Shown: positions 40,941-50,747 of the stretch, one piece after another | Position numbering within the stretch: position 1 is the stretch's first letter | How the letters are laid out: every line of letters starts with the position of its first letter | NCBI GenBank assembly: GCA_038245295.1 | Contig: JBBRSP010000002.1 | Location: 192,001-256,000 of the forward strand | DNA from: Candidatus Binatia bacterium | GTDB lineage: Bacteria > Desulfobacterota > Binatia > HRBIN30 | Direction of reading: 5' to 3' | DNA: 64,000 bases | Translations under genes and position numbers: made by a program | The notes under the pieces: model-generated | Told to the model about the DNA's origin: nothing | Seen by the model: the letters and a program-made list of their open reading frames with translations, nothing else | Databases searched by the model: none

Positions 40941-41861
40941 CTAGCCGGCGAGGCGTCGCAGGAAGGCGATCGTCGCCGTCGCGGCGTTGTGGGCGGCGAA
41001 GCGATAATACGTGGTGAACTGCTGGAGTGCTCCACCGGGGAGCATCAGCGGATCGCCGTTGCCGTCCGAAACGCCGCGGAAGGCAATGAAAGGCAAGTCG
41101 CGCGCCGCCGCCTCGCGGGCGATGGCGGCAGTTTCCATGTCGATCACCGAGGCGGTTGTGGCGTCCGGGCTGAAGCCTTGATCGCCGGCAGTCGGGTTTT
41201 CATCGGAAGGCGCGATGGAGCGGCGCGCTTCGCTTGCTGGTGCAGGGATGTCGCAGCCGTAGAGATCGTCACCGTGGGGGTCGCACGCGAACGGCGTGTT
41301 GCTGAACGGATCGCTGCTTCGGCCAATGCCGCCGACAACGATGCGGGGCGCCTGCTCGACGCATACCGGGGCAGGCGTAATTTGCGGCAGGTCGGTGCAG
41401 CGCTCGAGCGCCGCGCTGGTCGGTGCGGCGATGGCCGTGGCGATGTCGAGCCATTCTTGGTGCGCCGTGAAGGTGGTGCCGTTACGGAACGTCCACGTGT
41501 CCGGCACCGCCACGTCACCGATGCGCAGGGTGCTATTGGCGACGGCGGAGACGACGACACCATCGACATCGAATTGATCGAGCACCGCGCGAGTCGTGGC
41601 GGTCGCATTGGCCAGCCCGATCCCGGTGAGGCCGATGACCACGGGTACACCGGCCAGGTGGCCGACGCGAAACAGCCGGTCGTTGACCACGACGGTATGG
41701 TCGACCTGCGCTTGCGCCAGGATGGGCACCATCTCGGCGGGGAAGGCGCTCAGTATGGCGAGTCGTGGCGGCGTCGAAGGCGTTGCCGCTTCCTCACCGC
41801 AAGCGCCGAGGCCGAGGGTCGCCACGAGTAGGGTGCATGCACACCGCTTTCGGATGTTCAC
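40941..41861 (-). CDS. MTA/SAH nucleosidase-like (PNP_UDP_1) lipoprotein
   Basis: LGLGAC lipobox; ILSAFPAE, TGIGLANA, IGDV, DMETAA, FRGVSD. Confidence 0.8.
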   Translation of the reverse strand: MNIRKRCACTLLVATLGLGACGEEAATPSTPPRLAILSAFPAEMVPILAQAQVDHTVVVNDRLFRVGHLAGVPVVIGLTGIGLANATATTRAVLDQFDVDGVVVSAVANSTLRIGDVAVPDTWTFRNGTTFTAHQEWLDIATAIAAPTSAALERCTDLPQITPAPVCVEQAPRIVVGGIGRSSDPFSNTPFACDPHGDDLYGCDIPAPASEARRSIAPSDENPTAGDQGFSPDATTASVIDMETAAIAREAAARDLPFIAFRGVSDGNGDPLMLPGGALQQFTTYYRFAAHNAATATIAFLRRLAG

Positions 41862-41992
41862 AGCAGACCTCCGACGATCAGATTGGAACGGGCAGTTCAT
41901 GCCACGTTCGCCGGCGGCTTGGAAAGTCGGATTGCGTTCTCGGTAGTGGTCCGTTTGATTCCCAAGGGGTAGGCAACGTCATCCCGGCGAAC

Positions 41993-42152
41993 GAGACTGT
42001 CGATAAACTGAAATGAAGCAACGTCATCCCGGCGGAAGTCGGGATCGCCTCGATTGGAAAGCTAAAAATGCTGGGGAGATACCGGCTTTCGCCGGTATGA
42101 CGGAGGTGTTTGCGCAGTTTCAAACGATGAATCAGAGAAAATCGACAGTCTC
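41993..42152 (-). mobile_element. 160-bp MITE-1 within a REP-A hairpin
   Basis: GAGACTGTCGAT...ATCGACAGTCTC; flanks gaac/gttc inside gtcatcccggc...gccggaatgac. Confidence 0.85.
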
Positions 42153-42229
42153 GTTCGCCGGAATGACGAATCCTCGCCGCCTCGGTTTTCAAATGGACCC
42201 ACTACCGCATTCTCCGGGCGGAGGCCTGG

Positions 42230-42583
42230 TCACGGGGCTGGAATAATCTTGCGGCCAACAATGCGTCCCTGGTTGAATTCGATGTCGCAGCCGACTCGGT
42301 TCTCCGTCTGTTCATGATTGAGCACGACGACGGCGCCGCGCGCCGCGAAGGCCGACAATCCTGCCGCGTGTGCGCGATCGACAATCTTGTCGGCCGGGAG
42401 GTCATCGGGCAAGGAGTCGCAGAACACACGCAGATTGCGCGTGTCGTCGGTTGAGACTCGCCAAAAGACCAACACGCCGCCGATGACCAACGCGCCCATG
42501 ATCCAGGCGACTCGCCGGCGTCTCTTCGTCACCACGTTCTCAGCCACGCAGCGTGAGGTACGGCGTTGCGACAGCCTGGTCAA
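42230..42583 (-). CDS. Small membrane-anchored hypothetical protein (start uncertain)
   Basis: Basic patch, TM helix and a two-Cys soluble domain. Confidence 0.5.
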   Translation of the reverse strand: MTRLSQRRTSRCVAENVVTKRRRRVAWIMGALVIGGVLVFWRVSTDDTRNLRVFCDSLPDDLPADKIVDRAHAAGLSAFAARGAVVVLNHEQTENRVGCDIEFNQGRIVGRKIIPAP

Positions 42584-42650
42584 CCGTGCGGCCCAGAATC
42601 CTGAGGCATTCAGGCTTGCCCCGCGTGCGCCGATGTCTCATCTATGGGGC

Positions 42651-44135
42651 ATGCGACGATTCGTGTCGGGGACCGTGTTGCTGCTCGTGCTTGGTCTGGT
42701 GGCCGTCGGCATCGGTTGCACCGCGCTGCGTCTGCCGTTTGGGTGGACGGTAAATTTTGCCGGCAGCAGCGGCGAGGCCATTCCCGAGGATCAGCTGGCA
42801 CAGCGTGTCGACTTGGCACCGGGATTCTCTATGACCACGTACGTCACCGGCATTCCCAACGCGCGTGTCATGCGCTTCACCGAGGCCGGCGATATCCTGG
42901 TCAGCGCGCCGCGCCAGGGCAAGGTGTTTCTGGTCAAGCGTGGCAGCGACGTCGGCTACGCCGACGGTGTCGTCGAGTTGCTGCACGATCTGCACAACCC
43001 GCACGGCTTGGCGCTCTCCGGAAACTGGCTGTATGTCGCCGAGAGCGACGCCGTCCTGCGTGTGCGCTTCGACGCGAAACTGCGTCAGGTGCTGACGCCG
43101 CCCGTGAGGATTATTACGGACCTTCCCGATGCCGGCCGGCATTGGACGCGCACGCTGGGCATAGGACCCGACAACAAGCTCTATGTCTCCGTCGGTTCCA
43201 GCTGCAACGTTTGCGTTGAAGAGGATGCGCGCCGCGCCGCCATCAGTGTCTACAATCTGGACGGCACGGGGGGACGCTTGTACGCCACCGGACTGCGTAA
43301 CTCCGTTGGCTTCACGTGGCGGCCGCCGACCGGCGAGATGTTTGCCACCGACAACGGCCGCGACCTTCTTGGCGACGACTTCCCGCCGTGTGAGCTCAAT
43401 CACATTGTCGATGGCGGCTTCTACGGCTGGCCGTATGCCAACGGCGATCGTGTGGTTGATCCCGACGAAGGTAAGGGGAAGGAAGCCCTGGTTGCCGCTT
43501 CGCTGCTGCCGGCACATGCGTTTGCGGCCCACGTCGCGCCGCTCGGGATCACATTCTATGAAGCGAGCGTCTTCCCGGAGCGTTATCGCGGCGCCGCGTT
43601 TGTGGCGCAGCACGGCTCTTGGAACCGGTCAACCAAGAGCGGATACAAGGTGGTCGCCCTTTTCTTCGACGCCGACGGCTCCATTCGTGAAGAGCCGTTC
43701 GCCTCGTTTTTGAAGGGAGAAGAGGTGCATGGCCGGCCTGTCGACGTTGCCGTCGGACCAGACGGTGCCCTGTATGTCTCTGATGACTTTACCGGATCGA
43801 TCTACCGCATCGCCTACGGACCGCCGGCGCCTCGCCGCGCCGTAGCTCCGGGCGGTCCGTCGATTGGCGATCCGCTCGCCGCCCTTAGCGCGTCCGAGCG
43901 CGCCGCGGCCGTCGCTCGCGGCAAGGCGCTGTGGGATGCGAAGCCCTGCACCACGTGTCATGAGCCGGGCGAGGGTCGTCCGCTCTACAAGCCGCTCGAG
44001 CACCTGGGAAGTCGGTACGACATCGAGTCGCTCAGCGCATTCCTGCAAACACCGCAGCCGCCCATGCCATTGTTCCCGTTCACAGACGCCGAGCGTCGTG
44101 ACCTGGCGATCCACCTGCTGGCGACACGTCCGTAG
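42651..44135 (+). CDS. PQQ-dependent sugar/sorbosone dehydrogenase with C-terminal cytochrome c
   Basis: HWTR, SVGSSCNVC, GLRN, DNGRD, YGWPY, HGSWNR, GRPVD; C-terminal CTTCH and PPMP. Confidence 0.9.
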   Translation: MRRFVSGTVLLLVLGLVAVGIGCTALRLPFGWTVNFAGSSGEAIPEDQLAQRVDLAPGFSMTTYVTGIPNARVMRFTEAGDILVSAPRQGKVFLVKRGSDVGYADGVVELLHDLHNPHGLALSGNWLYVAESDAVLRVRFDAKLRQVLTPPVRIITDLPDAGRHWTRTLGIGPDNKLYVSVGSSCNVCVEEDARRAAISVYNLDGTGGRLYATGLRNSVGFTWRPPTGEMFATDNGRDLLGDDFPPCELNHIVDGGFYGWPYANGDRVVDPDEGKGKEALVAASLLPAHAFAAHVAPLGITFYEASVFPERYRGAAFVAQHGSWNRSTKSGYKVVALFFDADGSIREEPFASFLKGEEVHGRPVDVAVGPDGALYVSDDFTGSIYRIAYGPPAPRRAVAPGGPSIGDPLAALSASERAAAVARGKALWDAKPCTTCHEPGEGRPLYKPLEHLGSRYDIESLSAFLQTPQPPMPLFPFTDAERRDLAIHLLATRP

Positions 44136-44210
44136 GAGTCGCGTAAGCGTTGGTGGGACCACAATTTCGTCATGGTCTGCGGTCGCCCATGTGCAATGAA
44201 ACGCCAGCAC

Positions 44211-44355
44211 CCCCTCTCCCACCTTGGACGGAAGCATCGATCGTGGGAGAGGGCCGAGGTGAAGGCCCGCAGCTGTTCTCCGTCCGGATCCGCAGACCTT
44301 CCCTCACCCTCACCCTCTCCCAGACGTGGCCCTTGCGTTGGAGCTGGGAGAGGGG
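44211..44355. repeat. REP family D doublet
   Basis: ccctctcccac...gtgggagaggg and ccctcaccctcaccctctcccag...ctgggagaggg. Confidence 0.7.
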
Positions 44356-44442
44356 ATTCCGGGTGGCTGTCGTTGCTTTTCCAAGTTGGAGTGCGGTGAA
44401 ACTCAGTCGCGATGGTGGCATCTCATTGCCGTGGACACGTCG

Positions 44443-46422
44443 ATGCTGAACCCGGCGCGCCTGAATGCCGAGTGGCTCGAGGCCGACGGGCTTGGAGGCT
44501 TTGCATCGGGCACGGTGAGTGGGGTGCGGACGCGTCGCTACCACGCCCTGTTGCTGACGGCGACCAAACCGCCGGGCGGGCGTATGGTCCTGGTCAATGG
44601 ATTCGAGGCGTGGGTGGAAACGCCCAACGGTCGCTACGCGTTGAGCTCGCAGTTCTACGATCCGGGTGTGCGTCATCCGAACGGTGCCGATTGCATCGAA
44701 AGCTTCTCGGTTGATCCGTGGCCGACCTGGGAGTTCCGAGTGGAAGACGGAACGCGCGTCAGACAGGAAATCTGCGTCGCTCATGAGAGCAGCCGCGCTG
44801 CGGTTACGTGGACGCTGGTGGATCCGTCCGACGGCGTGCGGTTGCACGTGCGCCCGTTGCTCTCCGGGCGCGACTACCATGCCCTGCACCACGAGAATCC
44901 GGCGTTCCGCTTCGACGCGGCCGTGGTGGAAGATCGTGTCGTTTGGCAACCCTATGCCGGCCTGCCGTCGATCGTTGTACATCACACCGGCACCTACGAG
45001 CAGGCGCCCGAATGGTACCGCAATTTCCTCTACACCGCGGAGCGCGAGCGCGGCCTCGACTGCTGCGAGGATCTGGCGTCGCCCGGGATTTTCCGTTTCG
45101 ATCTCGGCGCCAAGAGCGCGACATGGATCCTGGAGGCAACAAGCCGGACGGGCATGGCGGCTAGATCGCGGACGGCGGCAACGACGGTGCTCAAGCGTCT
45201 CCGCGACGGCGAACGCAAACGTCGCCGTGCGCTGCCGACGCGCCTCGAGCGTGCCGCCGGCGCGTATGTCGTGAAGCGCGGCAACGGCAAAACCATCGTT
45301 GCCGGTTATCCATGGTTCACCGATTGGGGACGCGACACGTTCATCGCCTTGCGCGGGTTGTGTCTGGCGACCGGCCGACACGACGACGCGTATGACATCC
45401 TGGTGCAGTGGGCCGGCGCTGTTTCGCAAGGCATGCTGCCGAATCGCTTCGCTGACGCCGGGGACACGGTCGAGTTCAACGCCGTCGATGCATCGTTGTG
45501 GTACGTCGTTGCCGTCTATGAGTTCTTCGTGGCCAGGCGGCAGGCCAATCTCCCGGTGGCCGCGGGCGACGTGCGGGCTCTGCGTACCGCCATCACGGCA
45601 ATCTTGAGCGGCTACAGCGCCGGCACACGCTACGGCATCGCCATGGATTCCGACGGGTTGTTGCGCTGCGGTGAGCCGGGCGTCCAACTGACTTGGATGG
45701 ATGCCAAGGTTGGCGATTGGGTCGTGACGCCGCGCATCGGCAAGCCGGTCGAGGTGCAGGCCTTGTGGGTCAATGCGCTGCGGATCGGGGCTGGGCTGAA
45801 ACAATGGGACCTATGGGACCAAGGCGACGAAGGGGACGGGCGTGAGCGTCAGTGGGCAGATCTGGCGGAGCAGGCGACGCGGTCGTTTCGCGAGCGCTTT
45901 TGGAATCCGCAGCGCCGCATGCTGTTCGATGTGGTGGATGCCGATCACCAGCCTGGAAAGACCGACGCGGCATGTCGGCCGAATCAGATCTTTGCGGTCG
46001 GCGGATTGCCATTCAGTCTACTCGACGGTGAGGTTGCCGCGGCGGTGGTCGAGATCGTGGAGAAGAAGCTTCTGACGTCGATTGGCCTGCGTTCTCTGGC
46101 GAGCGATGAACCGGGATATTGTCCGCGTTATCGCGGCGGGGTGCGCGAACGCGATGCGGCGTATCACCAGGGCACGGTGTGGCCGTGGCTGCTTGGTGCC
46201 TTTGTCGAAGCGTGGGTCAGCGTGCGCGGCAATACATCCGCCGCGAAGGCCGAAGCGCGGTCGCGATTCTTGGAGCCGCTCCTGGGACACCTCGACACGG
46301 CCGGGTTGGGTCATCTTCCCGAAGTCGCCGACGGCGAGCCGCCGCACACGCCGGGTGGATGTCCGTTTCAAGCCTGGTCGGCGGGTGAGGCGTTGCGGTT
46401 GGATCGTCTCGTCCTCGCCTGA
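44443..46422 (+). CDS. Glycogen debranching enzyme (amylo-alpha-1,6-glucosidase)
   Basis: EWLEADGLGG, AGYPWFTDWGRDT, TWMDAK, YHQGTVWPW, FQAWS. Confidence 0.93.
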   Translation: MLNPARLNAEWLEADGLGGFASGTVSGVRTRRYHALLLTATKPPGGRMVLVNGFEAWVETPNGRYALSSQFYDPGVRHPNGADCIESFSVDPWPTWEFRVEDGTRVRQEICVAHESSRAAVTWTLVDPSDGVRLHVRPLLSGRDYHALHHENPAFRFDAAVVEDRVVWQPYAGLPSIVVHHTGTYEQAPEWYRNFLYTAERERGLDCCEDLASPGIFRFDLGAKSATWILEATSRTGMAARSRTAATTVLKRLRDGERKRRRALPTRLERAAGAYVVKRGNGKTIVAGYPWFTDWGRDTFIALRGLCLATGRHDDAYDILVQWAGAVSQGMLPNRFADAGDTVEFNAVDASLWYVVAVYEFFVARRQANLPVAAGDVRALRTAITAILSGYSAGTRYGIAMDSDGLLRCGEPGVQLTWMDAKVGDWVVTPRIGKPVEVQALWVNALRIGAGLKQWDLWDQGDEGDGRERQWADLAEQATRSFRERFWNPQRRMLFDVVDADHQPGKTDAACRPNQIFAVGGLPFSLLDGEVAAAVVEIVEKKLLTSIGLRSLASDEPGYCPRYRGGVRERDAAYHQGTVWPWLLGAFVEAWVSVRGNTSAAKAEARSRFLEPLLGHLDTAGLGHLPEVADGEPPHTPGGCPFQAWSAGEALRLDRLVLA

Positions 46423-46720
46423 CCGCTTTGCACGGCCTTCGAGACGCCGCCAAACTCCCTTCGAGACGGCACAAGAATAAGGTGCCTCCTCAGGAGGCGG
46501 CTCCGCAGGCCGAACGGCTGGAGTGCTGAACTCCGAGCCAAATCTCCGTTTGCCCTGAGGTCGTTACGCCCACCCCGCCCGCGCCGCCGCCAGAAGTGTC
46601 GGAACCGACGGCGGCGTGAGTAAAATATCGGCCGGCTTCGGCGCGGCCGTGGCGATCCAAGGATCGCCACAAATGCCGCAGCGCCACGGCGCTGCGCCAG
46701 ACACTCGATAGAGTGAATTC

Positions 46721-46755
46721 AAAAAGGCGCCGCTCGGGAGAACCCGAGCGGCGCC
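46721..46755 (-). terminator. Rho-independent terminator-like hairpin
   Basis: Minus strand: GGCGCCGCTCGGG-TTCT-CCCGAGCGGCGCC-TTTTT (13-bp stem). Confidence 0.7.
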
Positions 46756-47387
46756 GTCGTTTGGGTCCGCTCGGTCCCCAAGATGCATTGCCGCCTTTTT
46801 CTGCCCATGCCGGTGTCGTTGCGCGATACAAGCGCGCCGACTGTCCTCACTTGGACAACATTCGCTACCTCACAGTGAGAACGAGGGGTGACGAGCTGGC
46901 TGCCGGGAATGGATGCGTTCCTCGGCGTCGATCCCCGGGTCGACTGAACGACTGGCGCAGCCAGTCAGCGCGGACCTGTGCCCGCTATGACAGTGCGCCC
47001 GGCCGCTCCGCGTGCTTCCGGCCCGCGAATTCCTCCGAGCGTCGGCTGACGGACCCTTTGTCCACCCCGTATACGGTCGCCAGTGCATGATTCGACCCTT
47101 CGAACATCGTCCGATACTTACCCTTCATGTGGCTCACGGCCAAATCGGGCTTTAATCCGGGCTATCCGCTGAGGGCGAGATGCGGTGCCGAGCTGTTGGG
47201 GCCCCTTTCGCCGCTCAACAAGCCACCGCAGCGCATGCGTTGGGCTTCGAATGCAGCGGCGTATAGCCGTCGTTGAATTTCCGGGCCGCGCTGAGGCGGA
47301 CCTGATCCATTCCCATGTAGCGGGTCAAGGTGGTGTGGGGCAGACCGGTCTCGCACGCGCCGAGCCCTTGGTCGAGTCGATCGGCGC

Positions 47388-50300
47388 ATGACCTGCTCCG
47401 CTTGCGGACATCAGAATCGGGAGGCCGCGAAGTTCTGAGAGGAATGCGCCGAGCCCCTCAGGCACCAGTGCGCTCGTTGCGGCTCGGAGCTGCGTCTGTC
47501 GGCGAAGTTTTGCGATGAGTGCGGTGCCTCCACGGGAGCCTCGCCCCCCCAGAGAGCACCGGTGTCCTACACGCCCAAGCACCTCGCCGACAAAATCCTC
47601 CAATCCAAGTCCGCTCTCGAAGGCGAGCGCAAGCAGGTGACGGTGCTCTTCGCCGACGTGAAGGGCTCGATGGAGCTGGCGGAGCAGCTCGATCCGGAGG
47701 AGTGGCACGCGATCCTCGACCGCTTCTTCGCCATCCTCTCCGACGGCGTGCACCGCTTCGAGGGCACGGTGAACCAGTACACCGGCGACGGTATCATGGC
47801 GCTCTTCGGCGCGCCGATCGCGCACGAGGATCATGCCCAGCGCGCCTGTTACGCGGCGCTGCAGCTGCGCGACGAGATTGCTCGCTACGCCACCGAGGTG
47901 AAGCGCGAACACGGCATCGGCTTCTCGACGCGCATGGGCCTCAACTCCGGCGCCGTCGTCGTCGGCAGGATCGGCGACGATCTGCGCATGGACTACACGG
48001 CGCAGGGGCACACCGTGGGCCTGGCGCAGCGCATGGAGAGCCTCGCCGAACCCAACACGTGCTACCTGACGGCGACGACGGCAGCGCTGGTGCGCGGCTA
48101 CTTCGCCCTCGATGATCTCGGCGACTTCCGCGTCAAGGGCGTCGGCGAGCCGGTGCGCGTTCATCGCCTCGCCGGCATGGGCAGCGCGCGCACGCGCTTC
48201 GACGTTTCGCGCTCTCGCGGTCTCTCTCATTTCGTCGGCCGCTCGGCCGACCTGCGTACGCTCGAGGACGCGCTGGAGCAGACCGCGGCGGGCAACGGCC
48301 AGGCGGTGGGCGTGGTGGCCGAGGCGGGGACCGGCAAGAGCCGGCTGTGCTTCGAGTTCCTCGAGCGCTGCCGTGCCCGCGGTATGCACGTCTACGAGGG
48401 CCGCGCCGTCGCCCACGGGCGCAACATTCCGCTGCTGCCGATCCTGGAAGTGTTCCGCGCCTACTACGGCATCACGCTCGAGGACGACGATCGCGGCGCG
48501 AGAGAGAAGATCGCCGGGCGCATGGTGCTGCTCGACAACAGCTTCGCCGATGCACTGCCGCTGCTCTTCGACTTTCTCGGTGTTGCCGATCCGCAGCGCC
48601 CCGCACCACGGCTCGACCCGGAAGCGCGCCAGCGCCAGATCCTCGCCGTCATGCGCCAGGTGATCCAGAGCGTCAGCGAGGAGCAGCCGACGATCACGCT
48701 GATCGAGGATCTGCACTGGATCGACGAAGCGAGCGGCCAGTTCCTGGCCCACATGGTCGATGCGCGGGCCGGTAGCCGCAACCTGCTGCTCCTCAACTTC
48801 CGCCCGGAGTACCACGCCGAGTGGATGCAGAAGTCGTGGTACCGGCAGATCCCGCTGACGCCGCTCGGGAAGGACGCGATCGCCGAGCTGCTGGCGGACC
48901 TGCTCGGCACGGACCCGAGCATTGCCACACTGGCCGGCCCGATCCACGCGCGCACCGGCGGCAACCCGTTCTTCACCGAGGAATTGGCGCAGACGCTGAT
49001 CGAGTCGGGGCATCTCGAAGGCACGCGCGGCGCCTACCGCCTGGTGACGCCGATCGAGCGGCTCGCGGTGCCGGCCACCGTGCAGGCGGTGTTGGCGGCG
49101 CGCATCGATCGGCTGCCGGAGCGCGAGAAGCGGTTGCTGCAAGTGGCGTCGGTGATCGGCAAGGACTTCGCCGAGCCGCTGCTCGCGGCTGTGGCGGAGC
49201 TGCCACTCGACGAGATGAAGGCGGCCCTCGCCGCCCTGCGCCGCGCCGAGTTCATCCACGAGCAGGTGATCTACCCGGTGGTCGAGTACTCGTTCAAGCA
49301 TCCGCTGACGCAGGAGGTGGCGCTCGGCAGCCAGCTCAAGGAGCGCCGCCGCCAGGTACACGCCGCGGTGGCGCGGGCGATCGAGCGGCAGCATTCCGAC
49401 CATCTCGACGAGCGCGCGCCGCTGCTGGCGCACCACTGGGAGGAGGCCGGCGAGGCGCTCGGCGCGGCGCGCTGGCACCGGCGCGCCGCCGAGTGGGTGG
49501 GGTACACCGACTTTGCCGCCTCAACCCACCACTGGGGGCGAGTGCGCGCGCTCCGGCGCGAGCTGCCGGACGATCGCGAGGCTGCGGCGCTGGGCTTCGC
49601 TGCGTGCAGAATGCTTCTGAGCATGGGCTGGCGCGTCGGCATGGGACTCGAGGAGGCGCGTACGTTGCTGGACGAAGGACAAGGGCTCGCGAATGCGATC
49701 GGGGATCGACGCTCTTCGCTCTACCTGTCGATGGTCTATGGCCGCACGCTCTGCGGCGCCGGCGAGGTGGCTGCGTATCTCGAGCTGATGATCGAGATCC
49801 GGCGCGCGGCGCTCGAGCTCGACGACTTCGCGCTGCAAGCCGGAGCCTGGGTTTTGCTCACCGACGGCTTCTGCTTCGCAGCACGGTTTCCCGAAGCGCT
49901 ACAAAGCGCGGAGGAAGGGCTCGCGCGCGTCCCCCGTTTCATTTCTCGGGACGGTTGGGTCAACGGCCTCAATCCCTACACCGTGATGTCGTTCTGGCGC
50001 GGCTTCAGTTGCAGCTGGATGGGCCGGCTGCCCGAGGCGATCGAGGAGCTCGCGCGCTGTCGCCGTCTCTGCGAGGAGGACGGCACGCCGGAGATGATCG
50101 GCTATGCCTTCCTCTACGCTGCCGAAGCCCATTATTACGCCCACGACGCAGAGCGGGCACTCGCGTGCGCCCGCCAGGTCGAGGAGATCAGCCGCCAACT
50201 CGGCGAACCGCCTGCATTGGCCGCATACGCGCAGTTCGCCTTTGCCTTGGCACACCTCGCGGCTGGGAGGGTCGCGGATGCGATCGAGGCGGCGCGTAGC

Positions 50301-50747
50301 GTGCTCGACCTGATGGGACGGGTGGAGAAGTTCCAGGCAGGCATGGCCGTGGCCCTGCTGGCCGAGGCCATGCTGCAAGCCGGTGATCCTGCGGCTGCGC
50401 TGTCGGCGGCGGACGAGGCGATCGCGCTTTGCCGCCGTTCAGAGCGCGGCAACTACGAAGCCGCGGCCCATGGCGTCATCGCCCGTGCATTCCTCCGTCG
50501 CGATGGAGCGGCGGCTCGGGGCGCCGTCGAAGTGGCGCTCGCCAGCGCTGCCGCGCTGATCGAACGCACAGGAGCGAAGACGCTCGCACCGGCGCTCTGC
50601 GAGTGGCGCGCCGAGCTCGCCGCCGTGCTCGGCGATGAAGCGACGCGCGTGGAATGGCTGCGCGAAGCTCATCAACTCTACCAACAGATCGGCGCGCCAT
50701 TGCAGGCGGAACGCATTGCCCGGCTGCTAGCGGAAACCACCTTGTGA
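47388..50747 (+). CDS. Double-zinc-ribbon class III cyclase-AAA-TPR protein with in-frame TGA at 47436
   Basis: MTCSAC...KF*EEC...CARC...KFCDEC, in frame with the 47562 ORF; FADVKGS, TGDG, AEAGTGKS, IEDLHW. Confidence 0.85.

Noticed and set aside
6513..42168. CRISPR array from the recurring palindromes
   Set aside because: Copies are dispersed or inverted, with no regular repeat-spacer period and no cas genes
46790..47010. Group IIC intron (gtgcgcccggc at 46993; terminator nearby)
   Set aside because: No domain V/VI consensus or RT ORF found; the match is too short
46713..47090. 125-aa ORF and other short ORFs in the hairpin region
   Set aside because: No convincing RBS, Arg/Pro/Ser-rich non-protein-like composition
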